DNA of 64,000 bases from the IMG/VR virus record IMGVR_UViG_2788499951_000002, positions 32,001 through 96,000 of that record. One strand, written 5' to 3'. The stretch comes from a virus. Its lineage: Duplodnaviria > Caudoviricetes. Below, piece after piece: positions 1-9,358 of this stretch; positions within the stretch are counted from its first letter, which is position 1; each line of letters opens with the position of its first letter. Below the pieces are notes generated by a model, which was not told the origin of the DNA, did not search any database, and worked only from the letters and a program-made list of their open reading frames with translations. The position numbers and the translations under genes are program-made.

Positions 1-1321
1 TGAAGTCGGGTCTGATGCCTATCAGGGAATTCGCGACAAGATGTTTGAAATCCGTCAGCGAATCACCCAAGTCAACATCGAGATGCAGGCGACGAAGAAC
101 AAGTTCCCCGAGGGATACTCATACGCCGATTTCCAGCGCAAGGAGAAGAATGCACGTGACTGGAAAGAGACCAGCACCACCAAAGAGGATCCTCGTGATG
201 CTGCATTCAACGATGCGTTCGGGAAGTTCGCTGATGAGCAGGATCCCATGGTCGATAAGGCCGCAGAGCGTCGTATCAAGGCACTCAGGAAGGCGAACAC
301 TGCCAACTCTGCGTCTCCTGAGTATCGCGCCAGTGTCTCCAGTGACAGTCAGTCCGCATTGGCACAGCAGATCGCTCAGACCACTCAGAACATGCGTATG
401 GTCGCCAATGAGCGCGAAATCGCTCGTCGGAACGGGGGCGTCGGGTCAGCAAGTTCATATGTGACAGGTGAAGGTAACTTCTCCCAGATTACGACTGGTC
501 TCTATCAGAAGGTGTACAACACCAACAAGGTGCCGTCGTACAGTTCAATCGACTGGGATGACTATGCCATGAAGTTGGACACCGAACTGAAGTCGATGAA
601 CAGTGACTACAAGAAGACCATTCGCCAGAACAATGCTGAGGCACTGGCCAAGGAGTTCGGTACCACTGAGACGGTTCCGGAAATGAAGCGCAATGCCGCC
701 AACGGGAAGTACGGTCTGGGTGACCGTTTCAACGTCCTCAAGAAGGCCAATGAGGCGTTCGACCCGTTCACCAGTGGTGAGATTGGGAACGATGAGATCA
801 GACCACATAAGGGAAATACTGACGTCTCCGAAGTCCCTCAGATCGACGATTCGAAGGTTGACCCCAAGGTCAAACAGGCTCGTGATTTCGCCCAGAAAAG
901 TTCGTACACCCAGCAGATGCTGAAGTCTGATGTGGCCGGTGTTCTTTCCACCTACGACAGGACCAAGGTTCCGGAGACCACCCTGACACGGTCATTCATC
1001 TCTGCGATCCAAGGGAACCTTGGATTCCTTCGTGGACGTGAGGCTTCTGTCGAGTCACCTCGGTTCGGTCTTTGGAACAGGTTCAAGATGTCTCTGCGCA
1101 ACCAGTACTACCGCAGTGATTTCGTCATCGGGTTCAGTCTGTCGAATGCGATCAACATCGAGGTCTGGTATGTGACAGAGCCGGATCCAAACAACCCGAA
1201 GACGACCCTGTCCAGCTTCTATGTCTATGACGTCGAGGCCAACAAGATGATCAGGAAGTATGCCCCGTACTATCGCACAGCATTGCTGGTGGTTGTTGCG
1301 AAACTCGGGGTCAAACTCTAA
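1..1321 (+). CDS. Hypothetical (probably virion-associated) protein, 5'-truncated by the window
   Basis: The frame of the 41..1321 ORF is open back to the window start. It lies directly upstream of the tail/baseplate operon. No recognisable motif. Confidence 0.6.
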   Translation, partial: EVGSDAYQGIRDKMFEIRQRITQVNIEMQATKNKFPEGYSYADFQRKEKNARDWKETSTTKEDPRDAAFNDAFGKFADEQDPMVDKAAERRIKALRKANTANSASPEYRASVSSDSQSALAQQIAQTTQNMRMVANEREIARRNGGVGSASSYVTGEGNFSQITTGLYQKVYNTNKVPSYSSIDWDDYAMKLDTELKSMNSDYKKTIRQNNAEALAKEFGTTETVPEMKRNAANGKYGLGDRFNVLKKANEAFDPFTSGEIGNDEIRPHKGNTDVSEVPQIDDSKVDPKVKQARDFAQKSSYTQQMLKSDVAGVLSTYDRTKVPETTLTRSFISAIQGNLGFLRGREASVESPRFGLWNRFKMSLRNQYYRSDFVIGFSLSNAINIEVWYVTEPDPNNPKTTLSSFYVYDVEANKMIRKYAPYYRTALLVVVAKLGVKL

Positions 1322-1332
1322 GGAGAAAGTGA

Positions 1333-4300
1333 ATGGAACGTTCTTCAGATTTGGAACTCCTTCAGCAAGAAATCAATAATATGGGGGGCGTTGCCTCCCG
1401 TATTGACATGGGGATAACTGCCTTACATCGCGCTCGCCTTGAAGAAGAGGAAGCCGCCAAGAAGTTTAATGCCCAAAGTCGAAATCCGGATGGGTCATTC
1501 GCTCTCGATGGGTCGGCGGGTAACAGTGGGGATTATAAGTCCGTCTCTGGTATCGGAGAGATGCTTAGTGTCCGTATGTCGGATTGGGATCAGGAGGACG
1601 GTCTCAATCCTCTTCTCCACACCCTGATGAATGGTCTCTATGATGTCAACATCACGAACGCACTGACCGACATTGTCGATCCCCTGAGGGACGAAATGCG
1701 GGAATTGACTCATACCCAGATCAGAACCATCGAGCGCAACCACAAAGAGGACATGATGTGGCAGGCGATGCAACTGGGGGCCATGAAGGGCGGAGCAAAT
1801 GCGAACAGTGGTTCTCCTTTCCAGCGCATGTACCTACTCTGGAACAACTTCATGCGTCAGCCGTTCTGGAACTCCGTCAACTTGGGAATGCGTGCGATCC
1901 GGACAGTGATGTCTCCGATTGTCTCGTCGTTCAACCATGTTCTCTTTGGGGACAGAACACCGAAGAGTGACACTGATCGAATCGTCACTGCCATCGACAA
2001 GCAGACCCAGCTGATCCGTAATGGGATCATCATCGACAAGATGCCCTATGAGGACATGCACAAGTATGGTCTCGTGGGTGGTAGTTTGAAGTGGCTGGGA
2101 GAGAAAGCACTGTCCGGAGCGACATTCGGTAAGGTAAGCCGCAAGAATGCCCAGCGCATCGAGGATGACCGCGCACGCAGTAATCGTGGACTTAGTTCAT
2201 TCGAAGATTTCCTACTGAACCGCGTATTCACTGTGAACCGTCGCCAGACCAACCTCAGTGATCCGAACCAGAAGGATCCGAATGAGTCTTTGATCGAAGA
2301 GATCAAGCCCATGGTAGGTTCTCTCGTTGCCGTGGACATGAATGGAGTGGAGGCGGTCAACTACCTGAAGGAAATCAATGCCACTGTCGAGGATATCAGG
2401 ATGCTCATGCGTCCCCATCCTTCCACGTCCGGCACCCCCGAACAGGCAACTTCCTCACAGCGCAGTGAAGAAATCACGGAGATCATCAACCGTGTGAATC
2501 GTACATCTGTGAATCACACAACAGTGAATCGCACGGCATCGAATGACTCGGTTAATGTCGATGAGATCCTCAGCCGTCGTCAACGGGAAGAAACTTCCGT
2601 GGTGGACCTCACCGCTGAGAGACGCCGCAGGGAAGAAGAGGAATACTCACGCCGCAATATCGCAGAAGTCACCAGAACTCAACTGGTGGCAGGTGGTGAT
2701 GTTGTCCCCGTCTCCATCGTGGGAACCGGCACTGCCGCAACCCCCTCAATGTCCGATACGACTGTCGTCCCCATGAGTCAGCCGGAACGTCCGAAGGGAG
2801 GGGTGAATGGTGCACCACAGGGTCCGTCTGGATCACTCACTCCCACAACCCCCTTGGGTATGGGGGGACGTCCTGCCGAGAACAAGACACAGCAACGTCA
2901 TGAGACAACTCGAAACGCATTCGCCAGAAAGCACAACATCGAGAGCCTTGACTCCCAGATCAATCTTCAGGAAGCGGCTAATGATGAGCAGGAAGTAGGT
3001 AACAAACTATCCCGTAAAATCCTTCGTGTGCTCGAGAAACTCCACGGTGTGGCGGTCTTCCAGTCATTCATCGGCTTTGGTCGTACGGTCGGCAGTGTCA
3101 TCAGTGGCGCGTTCGACAAACTGTCCAAGGTTCTCACCGCTATTGGTGGTGCAATTGGTCTCAAGAAGCTCACGGGTGGATTGGGTAAGCCTTCCAAGAA
3201 TGTCGGCGGGAAGGCAGCAGGTAAAGCAGCAGCCGGTGCAGCCCGAGGTGGGATGTTGGGTCGTATGGGTGCGGCCATTGGCCGTGGTGCTGCCATGGGG
3301 AGTATGGGTGGTGTGTATGGGATCGCAGCCGGTGTCATCACCGCTTTGGCCTCAGACATCATCATCGGTCTGATCCCTCAGTCAGCACTAGATTCCGCGA
3401 ACGACAAACTGTCTGAGTTGTCCAGAAACATTCTGGATATGTCTGCCAAGTTCAAGTCATGGCTCGGTACCCTGTTCACTGGTACAAAGGGTGATCGGAA
3501 CGGAGCGCAGCAGATGATCTATGGTCTTACTGAGGAAGGACGTCGCGAAGCTGCAGAGAAGGAAGCACGTCTCACAGAACAACGCCAGACACAAACCCAG
3601 ATTCGTGAACGACTTCGTGTTCCGGAAGGTAAGACAATCAATGACAACTATGTCCCACTCTCTACGACGAGTGAAGAATTCATCCGCAAGAAGGAAGAAT
3701 ACTACCGCACTCGTAATGAGCTGACCAGTAAAGGCATCAAGGGCCAGATGGATGAGACAGGGAAGTGGGTTCCGGTTAAGGATTCAAACGGTAATCCCGT
3801 GCGACTCGACGGAACACGCCCCGAGATGAAGGCGGTCAATCCTCCCATCGAAAATTCGGCCCCTAAGCCGGTCACTGATGGACGAACTGCCCTTGGGGGT
3901 GCGGTTGCCTCTACTGTCGAAACTGCTCGTCAGAAAGGCTCACAGATGGTTCAGAGTGGACGTTCCATGTTTGATCGTCTGATGGAGAAGATGACCATCG
4001 CGGAGTCTGGAGGCAAGCAACACAATGCTGATGGATCCGTCGTCAAGTCACAGGTCGGTGCGACTGGTGTGTTACAGATCATGCCGAAGACAGGACCAGA
4101 TGCCGCCAAGATGGCAGGTCTCCCGTGGGACAAGTATCGGTTTGAGCATGACATCGACTATAACCGTGCACTAGGGATTGCATACATGCAGAACCTGATG
4201 AAGCGGTACAGTGGTGATGCTGTCCTCTCCACCGCTGCGTATAACTGGGGAATGGGGAATGTTGACAACCTGATCGCCAAGATCGGTGACCCCCGCACTC

Positions 4301-5055
4301 AGATGGTCAGCTACGGTGAGTGGATCCGTCATCTTCCGAGTGAGACATATAACTACGTGAAGAAGACGGCCATTGCTGCCAATGACGAGGCCCGTGCTGG
4401 AATTGGAAATGCCAAGAACTATCTGGCGTCCGTCGGTGCTAATGTCAAGAACGGTGTGGTCGGTGGGTATCAGACTACGATCTCTGGGGTGAGGGATATC
4501 GCAAGCGGTGTGAAAGACTATGCCATGAGTGCACCACAGAAAGCCCGCGATGGTTTCCGGATTGTGACCTCTGCAGTCAGTAATGCAACAACCGCAGGGA
4601 AGGAAGCACTGGCGAGACCCCAATACGCTGGTAACTATGGGTTGGAGGAAGCCGAGGGACAGGCTGCCGCAGCAGCCGGCGCAGCTGCTGCCATGCGCAA
4701 CAGCCAGATCACAGTGGCACAATCCAAACCCAGCACACCAGTGGTTGACACCGGCCCGCTGAACACGTCCAGAAACCCAGCTGAGATCTCTAGGGCGATC
4801 AACAAGAACAGTCGGATCAGCAATGCGGCCAAGGAACAGGCTGTTGCCAGTGTGCAGTCGAACACCATGGGGTCGGTCGACACTGCATCAATGGAGAGAC
4901 CGGCAGAGAAGCCACAGCCAGTCGTCCAGCCGGATAACAACAGTGGCACCATGGTCAAGATCCTCAGCAGTATCGATAACAAGCTCGGTCAGATTGCATC
5001 GAATGGTAACGTGTCGTTTGATCCGAACACAGTTCTTTCAATTTTCGGGAGGTAA
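1333..5055 (+). CDS. Tape-measure-like tail protein with SLT/GH23 lytic transglycosylase domain
   Basis: 1240 aa, helical and Ala/Gly-rich. Transglycosylase motifs IAESGG, GATGVLQIMPKTG and AAYNWGMGNV (about nt 3990-4370). AGGAG RBS; precedes baseplate genes. Confidence 0.8.
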   Translation: MERSSDLELLQQEINNMGGVASRIDMGITALHRARLEEEEAAKKFNAQSRNPDGSFALDGSAGNSGDYKSVSGIGEMLSVRMSDWDQEDGLNPLLHTLMNGLYDVNITNALTDIVDPLRDEMRELTHTQIRTIERNHKEDMMWQAMQLGAMKGGANANSGSPFQRMYLLWNNFMRQPFWNSVNLGMRAIRTVMSPIVSSFNHVLFGDRTPKSDTDRIVTAIDKQTQLIRNGIIIDKMPYEDMHKYGLVGGSLKWLGEKALSGATFGKVSRKNAQRIEDDRARSNRGLSSFEDFLLNRVFTVNRRQTNLSDPNQKDPNESLIEEIKPMVGSLVAVDMNGVEAVNYLKEINATVEDIRMLMRPHPSTSGTPEQATSSQRSEEITEIINRVNRTSVNHTTVNRTASNDSVNVDEILSRRQREETSVVDLTAERRRREEEEYSRRNIAEVTRTQLVAGGDVVPVSIVGTGTAATPSMSDTTVVPMSQPERPKGGVNGAPQGPSGSLTPTTPLGMGGRPAENKTQQRHETTRNAFARKHNIESLDSQINLQEAANDEQEVGNKLSRKILRVLEKLHGVAVFQSFIGFGRTVGSVISGAFDKLSKVLTAIGGAIGLKKLTGGLGKPSKNVGGKAAGKAAAGAARGGMLGRMGAAIGRGAAMGSMGGVYGIAAGVITALASDIIIGLIPQSALDSANDKLSELSRNILDMSAKFKSWLGTLFTGTKGDRNGAQQMIYGLTEEGRREAAEKEARLTEQRQTQTQIRERLRVPEGKTINDNYVPLSTTSEEFIRKKEEYYRTRNELTSKGIKGQMDETGKWVPVKDSNGNPVRLDGTRPEMKAVNPPIENSAPKPVTDGRTALGGAVASTVETARQKGSQMVQSGRSMFDRLMEKMTIAESGGKQHNADGSVVKSQVGATGVLQIMPKTGPDAAKMAGLPWDKYRFEHDIDYNRALGIAYMQNLMKRYSGDAVLSTAAYNWGMGNVDNLIAKIGDPRTQMVSYGEWIRHLPSETYNYVKKTAIAANDEARAGIGNAKNYLASVGANVKNGVVGGYQTTISGVRDIASGVKDYAMSAPQKARDGFRIVTSAVSNATTAGKEALARPQYAGNYGLEEAEGQAAAAAGAAAAMRNSQITVAQSKPSTPVVDTGPLNTSRNPAEISRAINKNSRISNAAKEQAVASVQSNTMGSVDTASMERPAEKPQPVVQPDNNSGTMVKILSSIDNKLGQIASNGNVSFDPNTVLSIFGR

Positions 5056-5058
5056 GAC

Positions 5059-5799
5059 ATGCAGTACAAGATGAAGGAGATTGATCCGATGTTCAGGATT
5101 CGGATCAGTTCAACACAAGGGGGCGTCGTGTACGCCCCTCTCCCCGACAATTGGGGAATGACAGTGGGGTCGGAATTCACGGCCCCCTTTGATGCGAACC
5201 TGTTAAATGGGATCCTTTCCAAAGGCGCGGCGGTTGCTGGTATCTCCAAGAAGACCGGTATGGCCACGCGGAAGATGTACTCCAATCCGGAGCCGACTGA
5301 GATCAGTCTGGACCTGCAGTTCGAGGCGTACTACTCCGCCAAGGAGGAAGTCGTCAACCCTGTGATCCAATTGATGGCAATGTCTCTGGGTACCACTCTG
5401 ACGGCAGAGAAAGCCGTACAGACGGTCAAGGAGATCATCAATGCGGGGGTGAACACTTTCGGTATCGATGACCTGTTCTCGACTGAACAGATCGATGGTG
5501 CCACTGAGGTGGCGACACAGGTGGATGAGAATGACCGCATCATGGGATTCATCAATTTCGTCCAAGGTCCACCGACCTGCACTGTCAAGTTCGGTAATGT
5601 CCTCAGGTTGAGTAATTGCTACATCACGTCAGTGGCTCCACAGTTCTCGAACGTTCTTGATGCGACAGGAATGCCACTGAGTGCGACTTGCTCTGTCACT
5701 ATCATTCTTGAGACTGACCCGAGAATCGATGACGAGAACTTCAAACAGTTCTTCGCATCAGGTCTGTCAACTGGTTCACTCGGAGGGGATTCATTGTGA
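5059..5799 (+). CDS. Baseplate / tail-tube initiator protein (gp48/gp54- or CIS tube-like)
   Basis: C-terminal GPPTCTVKFG...CYITSV...GMPLSATCSVT pattern typical of tube-initiator proteins; position between tape measure and gp53-like gene. Confidence 0.6.
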   Translation: MQYKMKEIDPMFRIRISSTQGGVVYAPLPDNWGMTVGSEFTAPFDANLLNGILSKGAAVAGISKKTGMATRKMYSNPEPTEISLDLQFEAYYSAKEEVVNPVIQLMAMSLGTTLTAEKAVQTVKEIINAGVNTFGIDDLFSTEQIDGATEVATQVDENDRIMGFINFVQGPPTCTVKFGNVLRLSNCYITSVAPQFSNVLDATGMPLSATCSVTIILETDPRIDDENFKQFFASGLSTGSLGGDSL

Positions 5800-6113
5800 G
5801 CATTGAGAAGAGAAAGTACATGTTCAGCGTCAAGAAGCTGGATGCGAACTACGAGTTGGATTATCTCGAGTCGCCCTATACGGATATGGATCTTTCAACT
5901 TCAGAAACATTCAGAATCACCGCCCCATTCGTGGGGCGGCCTGACCTGATATCCATGAAGTTCTTTGGGACATATAACATGGGATGGCTGATCTGTCTTC
6001 ATAATGACTTCATGGATCCCATCAATGATCTGGAGTTTGGGATTCAGATCAAGATTCCGGATCTCGATGAGTACTACCAATACTATAATGCCAACTCGAG
6101 GAGTTCAGTCTGA
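5796..6113 (+). CDS. Baseplate wedge protein, gp53/LysM-like
   Basis: GRPDLISMKFFG...W.I...N...DP...L..G..IKIP motif of gp53/tail-X LysM-like proteins. Confidence 0.8.
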   Translation: MSIEKRKYMFSVKKLDANYELDYLESPYTDMDLSTSETFRITAPFVGRPDLISMKFFGTYNMGWLICLHNDFMDPINDLEFGIQIKIPDLDEYYQYYNANSRSSV

Positions 6114-7462
6114 TGGCCGATTACACATTGTTCGAGGTGTTCATCGGGAAGAATGAGAAGGAAGACGAGGTGATGATGAAGCTGACATGTGATCAGGACA
6201 TCGAGGCTCGTCTGATAAGTCCGCGCAGGGTTAGGGTCTTCAACGGTCTCTCCATGGGGTCACCCATGGTGGCCATGGACTTCACGGACGGCGTGGGTGA
6301 TCTTGTCAACTTCCAGAAGCTGGACACTGCTGCAACGTACACACTTTACATGGGGACCAGTCGATACAAGTCGATTGCTCTCTCATTGAAGGTGGCAAAG
6401 ATCACATTCGAAAACAACACGGCGGGGAAGACAGAGAACTTCGCATTCACCGTCAACTTCGTCCATGCGTCTTGGAATGCGCTGTTCAATTCAAAGAAGA
6501 ATCGTGGATGGTCAAACATCAACCTCTCTTCAATTGTTGAAGAGATCATCAGTGAGAGCGGTGTGCCAATCAAACACATCACCCCAACGGCTGGCGTGTT
6601 CCCCCACGTGGTTCAGCCTCACTGGAACAACCTGACTCTCCTCCAATGGCTCAGAGCGCGGTCATATACCACCACCAACACCGGACCCACCGGTCATTAT
6701 GAATACGGGATCGACCTCACGGGGAACTTCTTCTTCACACCTTTCTCTCAGCTGTATCAACTTCAACTTGAAGTGTCCAAGTCAGGAGAGACACCTCCGT
6801 CAGAGAACCGGTTCCCTGTTCCTGTTCTTCGTCTCGACGGATCCAACCTGAACTCGAGACAGAGATCACAGAGCCTTGAGGATAACGGGTATGTCCCCAC
6901 CACCTTTGCAGCCTATGGGGTGAACGAGGATTACCTCGCATCAACTCTGCAGGGGGCCGGAGGAACATCGAGCATGCACTATGATTTCGATACAGGGACA
7001 TACGTGTCGACCACTCAAAACATCTCGAATTCTTCAATCCCACAGTTGTCCGAGTGGGCACTGGTTCAGAGTGTTGATGAGACAAACTACTACCGGAACT
7101 ATGGCGGTAGGGACACGAACACTCCGAACATCGGAAATAATCGCATGTCGGAAGTCTCATCATCCCTGCAGGAAGTGAAGATCCAAACCGAAGGGAACTC
7201 ATATGTAAAGATCGGAGACGTCGTGGAGGTGGTTATCCCCACCCAGCCCGATCAATACACCCAACCGTACAACGAGATGTACTCAGGTTATTACGTCGTA
7301 TCCGAGATCGAACATCTCTTCAGTCTTGGTGGACAGACATCATTCAACACCAGAATGACACTCAGCCGACAGGGCATCGACGGGAAGGAACACCCCAATC
7401 TGACCCGCAGTACGGTAGGGAAGATAAATGTAACTAACAACGCAACCGGCTCAATCACATAA
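6113..7462 (+). CDS. Baseplate hub protein (gp27-like)
   Basis: C-terminal EGNSYVKIGDVVEV...YSGYYVVSEIEHLF...FNTRMTLSR pattern; sits immediately before the gp5 spike. Confidence 0.75.
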   Translation: MADYTLFEVFIGKNEKEDEVMMKLTCDQDIEARLISPRRVRVFNGLSMGSPMVAMDFTDGVGDLVNFQKLDTAATYTLYMGTSRYKSIALSLKVAKITFENNTAGKTENFAFTVNFVHASWNALFNSKKNRGWSNINLSSIVEEIISESGVPIKHITPTAGVFPHVVQPHWNNLTLLQWLRARSYTTTNTGPTGHYEYGIDLTGNFFFTPFSQLYQLQLEVSKSGETPPSENRFPVPVLRLDGSNLNSRQRSQSLEDNGYVPTTFAAYGVNEDYLASTLQGAGGTSSMHYDFDTGTYVSTTQNISNSSIPQLSEWALVQSVDETNYYRNYGGRDTNTPNIGNNRMSEVSSSLQEVKIQTEGNSYVKIGDVVEVVIPTQPDQYTQPYNEMYSGYYVVSEIEHLFSLGGQTSFNTRMTLSRQGIDGKEHPNLTRSTVGKINVTNNATGSIT

Positions 7463-7468
7463 GGAGGA

Positions 7469-8092
7469 ATGATGTTCAATAAAACGCTCGACCGAAGTTC
7501 ATCCGAGCAGAAGTTCTTCGGTAACTATCGAGGTGTTGTCGAGGCAGACAATGACCCCCTCACCTCGGGGAGGATTCGCATCAGGATATTTGGGGTGTAT
7601 GACGACATACTGACTGGGGATCTCCCTTGGGCGATTCCTTCTGACCCTCTCATGGGCGGCATCAGTGGATGGGGAGGATTCATTGTCCCCGACGTGGGAA
7701 GCCACGTATGGGTGTTCTTCGAAGCAGGTGACCCAACACAACCTGTCTACTTCGGTGGAGCACCAGCACGCCCTCATGGCCCTCCTGAGGCCACTGAGAA
7801 TGGAACCTACCCGAGGAACAAGGTCTTCCGAACCAAAGCAGGTCACGTGATTGAGATCGACGACAGTGAAGGTGCCAATCGCATCAGGGTTCATCACTCA
7901 TCCGGTACTGATATCGCGATTGATGATGGAGGGAACATGACGTACACATGCGTCGGGAATGTCGACAGGGTCATCAAGGGAAACCTGACAGAGACGGTCG
8001 ATGGCTCCGTGAAGCGTCATTCCAAGGGTGGGACTGACGAAACATCTGATTCAGAAATCTCGATCAACGGCTCTCGTGTCAACATCAACTAA
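7469..8092 (+). CDS. Baseplate central spike (gp5/VgrG OB-fold, no lysozyme domain)
   Basis: YRGVV..NDP...GRIRIRI..LPWA..P.VGSHVWVFFEAGD..QPVYFG, then T.AGH.IEIDD beta-helix repeats. Confidence 0.9.
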   Translation: MMFNKTLDRSSSEQKFFGNYRGVVEADNDPLTSGRIRIRIFGVYDDILTGDLPWAIPSDPLMGGISGWGGFIVPDVGSHVWVFFEAGDPTQPVYFGGAPARPHGPPEATENGTYPRNKVFRTKAGHVIEIDDSEGANRIRVHHSSGTDIAIDDGGNMTYTCVGNVDRVIKGNLTETVDGSVKRHSKGGTDETSDSEISINGSRVNIN

Positions 8093-8103
8093 GAGGATCA
8101 ACA

Positions 8104-8619
8104 ATGGCATATGAATGGACGCCCCTTGCGGGCACTGTGATCATCTCTGGGACAGAAGGGAGGAGTGGATTCGATGTCACCATCAGGGCAAGTCAACTCC
8201 CCCATGAGGCCACTGATCCACCTACGCCCAACCCAAACCCTGTCCCTGCAAAGATGTCTGTCACTCTCCCCAATGGGATACCCAATGATGCAATCAACAT
8301 CACCACGACATCCAACAGTGTGAGGCTTCAATCTGATCTCATTCTCGGGTTCTTCCCCATCGAGATCGATTACCTACAGGGCAGATTGAACGATACTCGC
8401 GAGACCGCAAACTCATGGGCTGCTCTCCCAGAAGATGCTCAGGAAATCGTAAAGGTGAAGCCTGACAAGAATTCACCAAAGACCTACACAGTGAGTATCA
8501 CGGCGAGACAGTCGAACAACACGAAGCCCCAGACAGTCAGCTACCTGATGATCATTGCGAATAACTTCGATGCAATCAAGGAACGACTGCGCATCGAGTT
8601 GGCCAAACGAGAGGATTGA
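8104..8619 (+). CDS. Hypothetical baseplate-region protein
   Basis: ORF with GAGGA RBS between spike and PAAR genes (position analogous to T4 gene 5.1). Confidence 0.55.
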   Translation: MAYEWTPLAGTVIISGTEGRSGFDVTIRASQLPHEATDPPTPNPNPVPAKMSVTLPNGIPNDAINITTTSNSVRLQSDLILGFFPIEIDYLQGRLNDTRETANSWAALPEDAQEIVKVKPDKNSPKTYTVSITARQSNNTKPQTVSYLMIIANNFDAIKERLRIELAKRED

Positions 8620-8622
8620 TAT

Positions 8623-8904
8623 ATGGGAAATGCAACAGCAAGAGTCGGTGATTCATGCACCGGCCATGGTGATAAGGGACCACGCCCTATCGTCGAGGGG
8701 TCTGGCGATGTGTTCATCAATGGCCAACCAGTCGCACGAGTCGGAGACGATCTGGCTGATCATGGTCATGACGGACCCCTGAAGAAGATCTCATCGGGGT
8801 CATCAACCGTGTTTGTGAATGGTCAACCTGTCGCCAGAATCGGAGATGACGTCGAATGCGGATCAATTCTCGCAGAGGGGAGTGATAACGTGTTCACTGG
8901 TTGA
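8623..8904 (+). CDS. PAAR spike-tip protein
   Basis: ATARVGD, PVARVGD and PVARIGD repeats; His/Cys metal ligands; ends GSDNVFTG. Confidence 0.95.
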   Translation: MGNATARVGDSCTGHGDKGPRPIVEGSGDVFINGQPVARVGDDLADHGHDGPLKKISSGSSTVFVNGQPVARIGDDVECGSILAEGSDNVFTG

Positions 8905-8920
8905 CCAGACTGAGGTGCCA

Positions 8921-8926
8921 TAAATA
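8921..8926 (+). promoter_or_regulatory. Putative T4-type late promoter (TAAATA)
   Basis: Intergenic CATAAATAG upstream of the gp25-like gene; matches the core of the T4 gp55 consensus TATAAATA. Confidence 0.6.
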
Positions 8927-8953
8927 GTCTCATAACTAGAGGAATTTGCGACT

Positions 8954-9343
8954 ATGGCATCCAGCACATACGTGTACTCGGACTTCGAAAGAACGTTGTC
9001 CACACGAGAGGATGGTAATGTTGTGATTCTCTATGACTATGATGTCATAAAGCAATCCATCAGGACCATCCTCTCTACGCTTTCAGGGGAGCGTGTACGA
9101 TCACCCCTTGGGGCAAGTGTTGTTCGTTACCTGTTCGAACCCATTGACCCAGAAACCGCCCAAGATATCAAAGACACCATCTCCAACGCCATCCTCACCT
9201 ACGAACCCCGAGTGACCAACATCAACGTCGTGGTGTACCCGAACTATGATGGCAACTATTACGAAGTCGGAGTGTCCGTGAAGATCAAACAGATCCAACA
9301 GACTCTGACATTCAATACCAAACTTCGCTCCTTCAGCGACTAA
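8954..9343 (+). CDS. Baseplate wedge protein gp25-like
   Basis: YSD...IKQSIRTIL.T..GER...G..V..YLFEP...YEPRV motif. Confidence 0.92.
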   Translation: MASSTYVYSDFERTLSTREDGNVVILYDYDVIKQSIRTILSTLSGERVRSPLGASVVRYLFEPIDPETAQDIKDTISNAILTYEPRVTNINVVVYPNYDGNYYEVGVSVKIKQIQQTLTFNTKLRSFSD

Positions 9344-9358
9344 CCTTAGGAAATCATC

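Noticed and set aside
8901-8934. Palindrome around the TAAATA box before gp25
   Set aside because: Only 4-5 bp arms that are not contiguous; kept as a promoter only.
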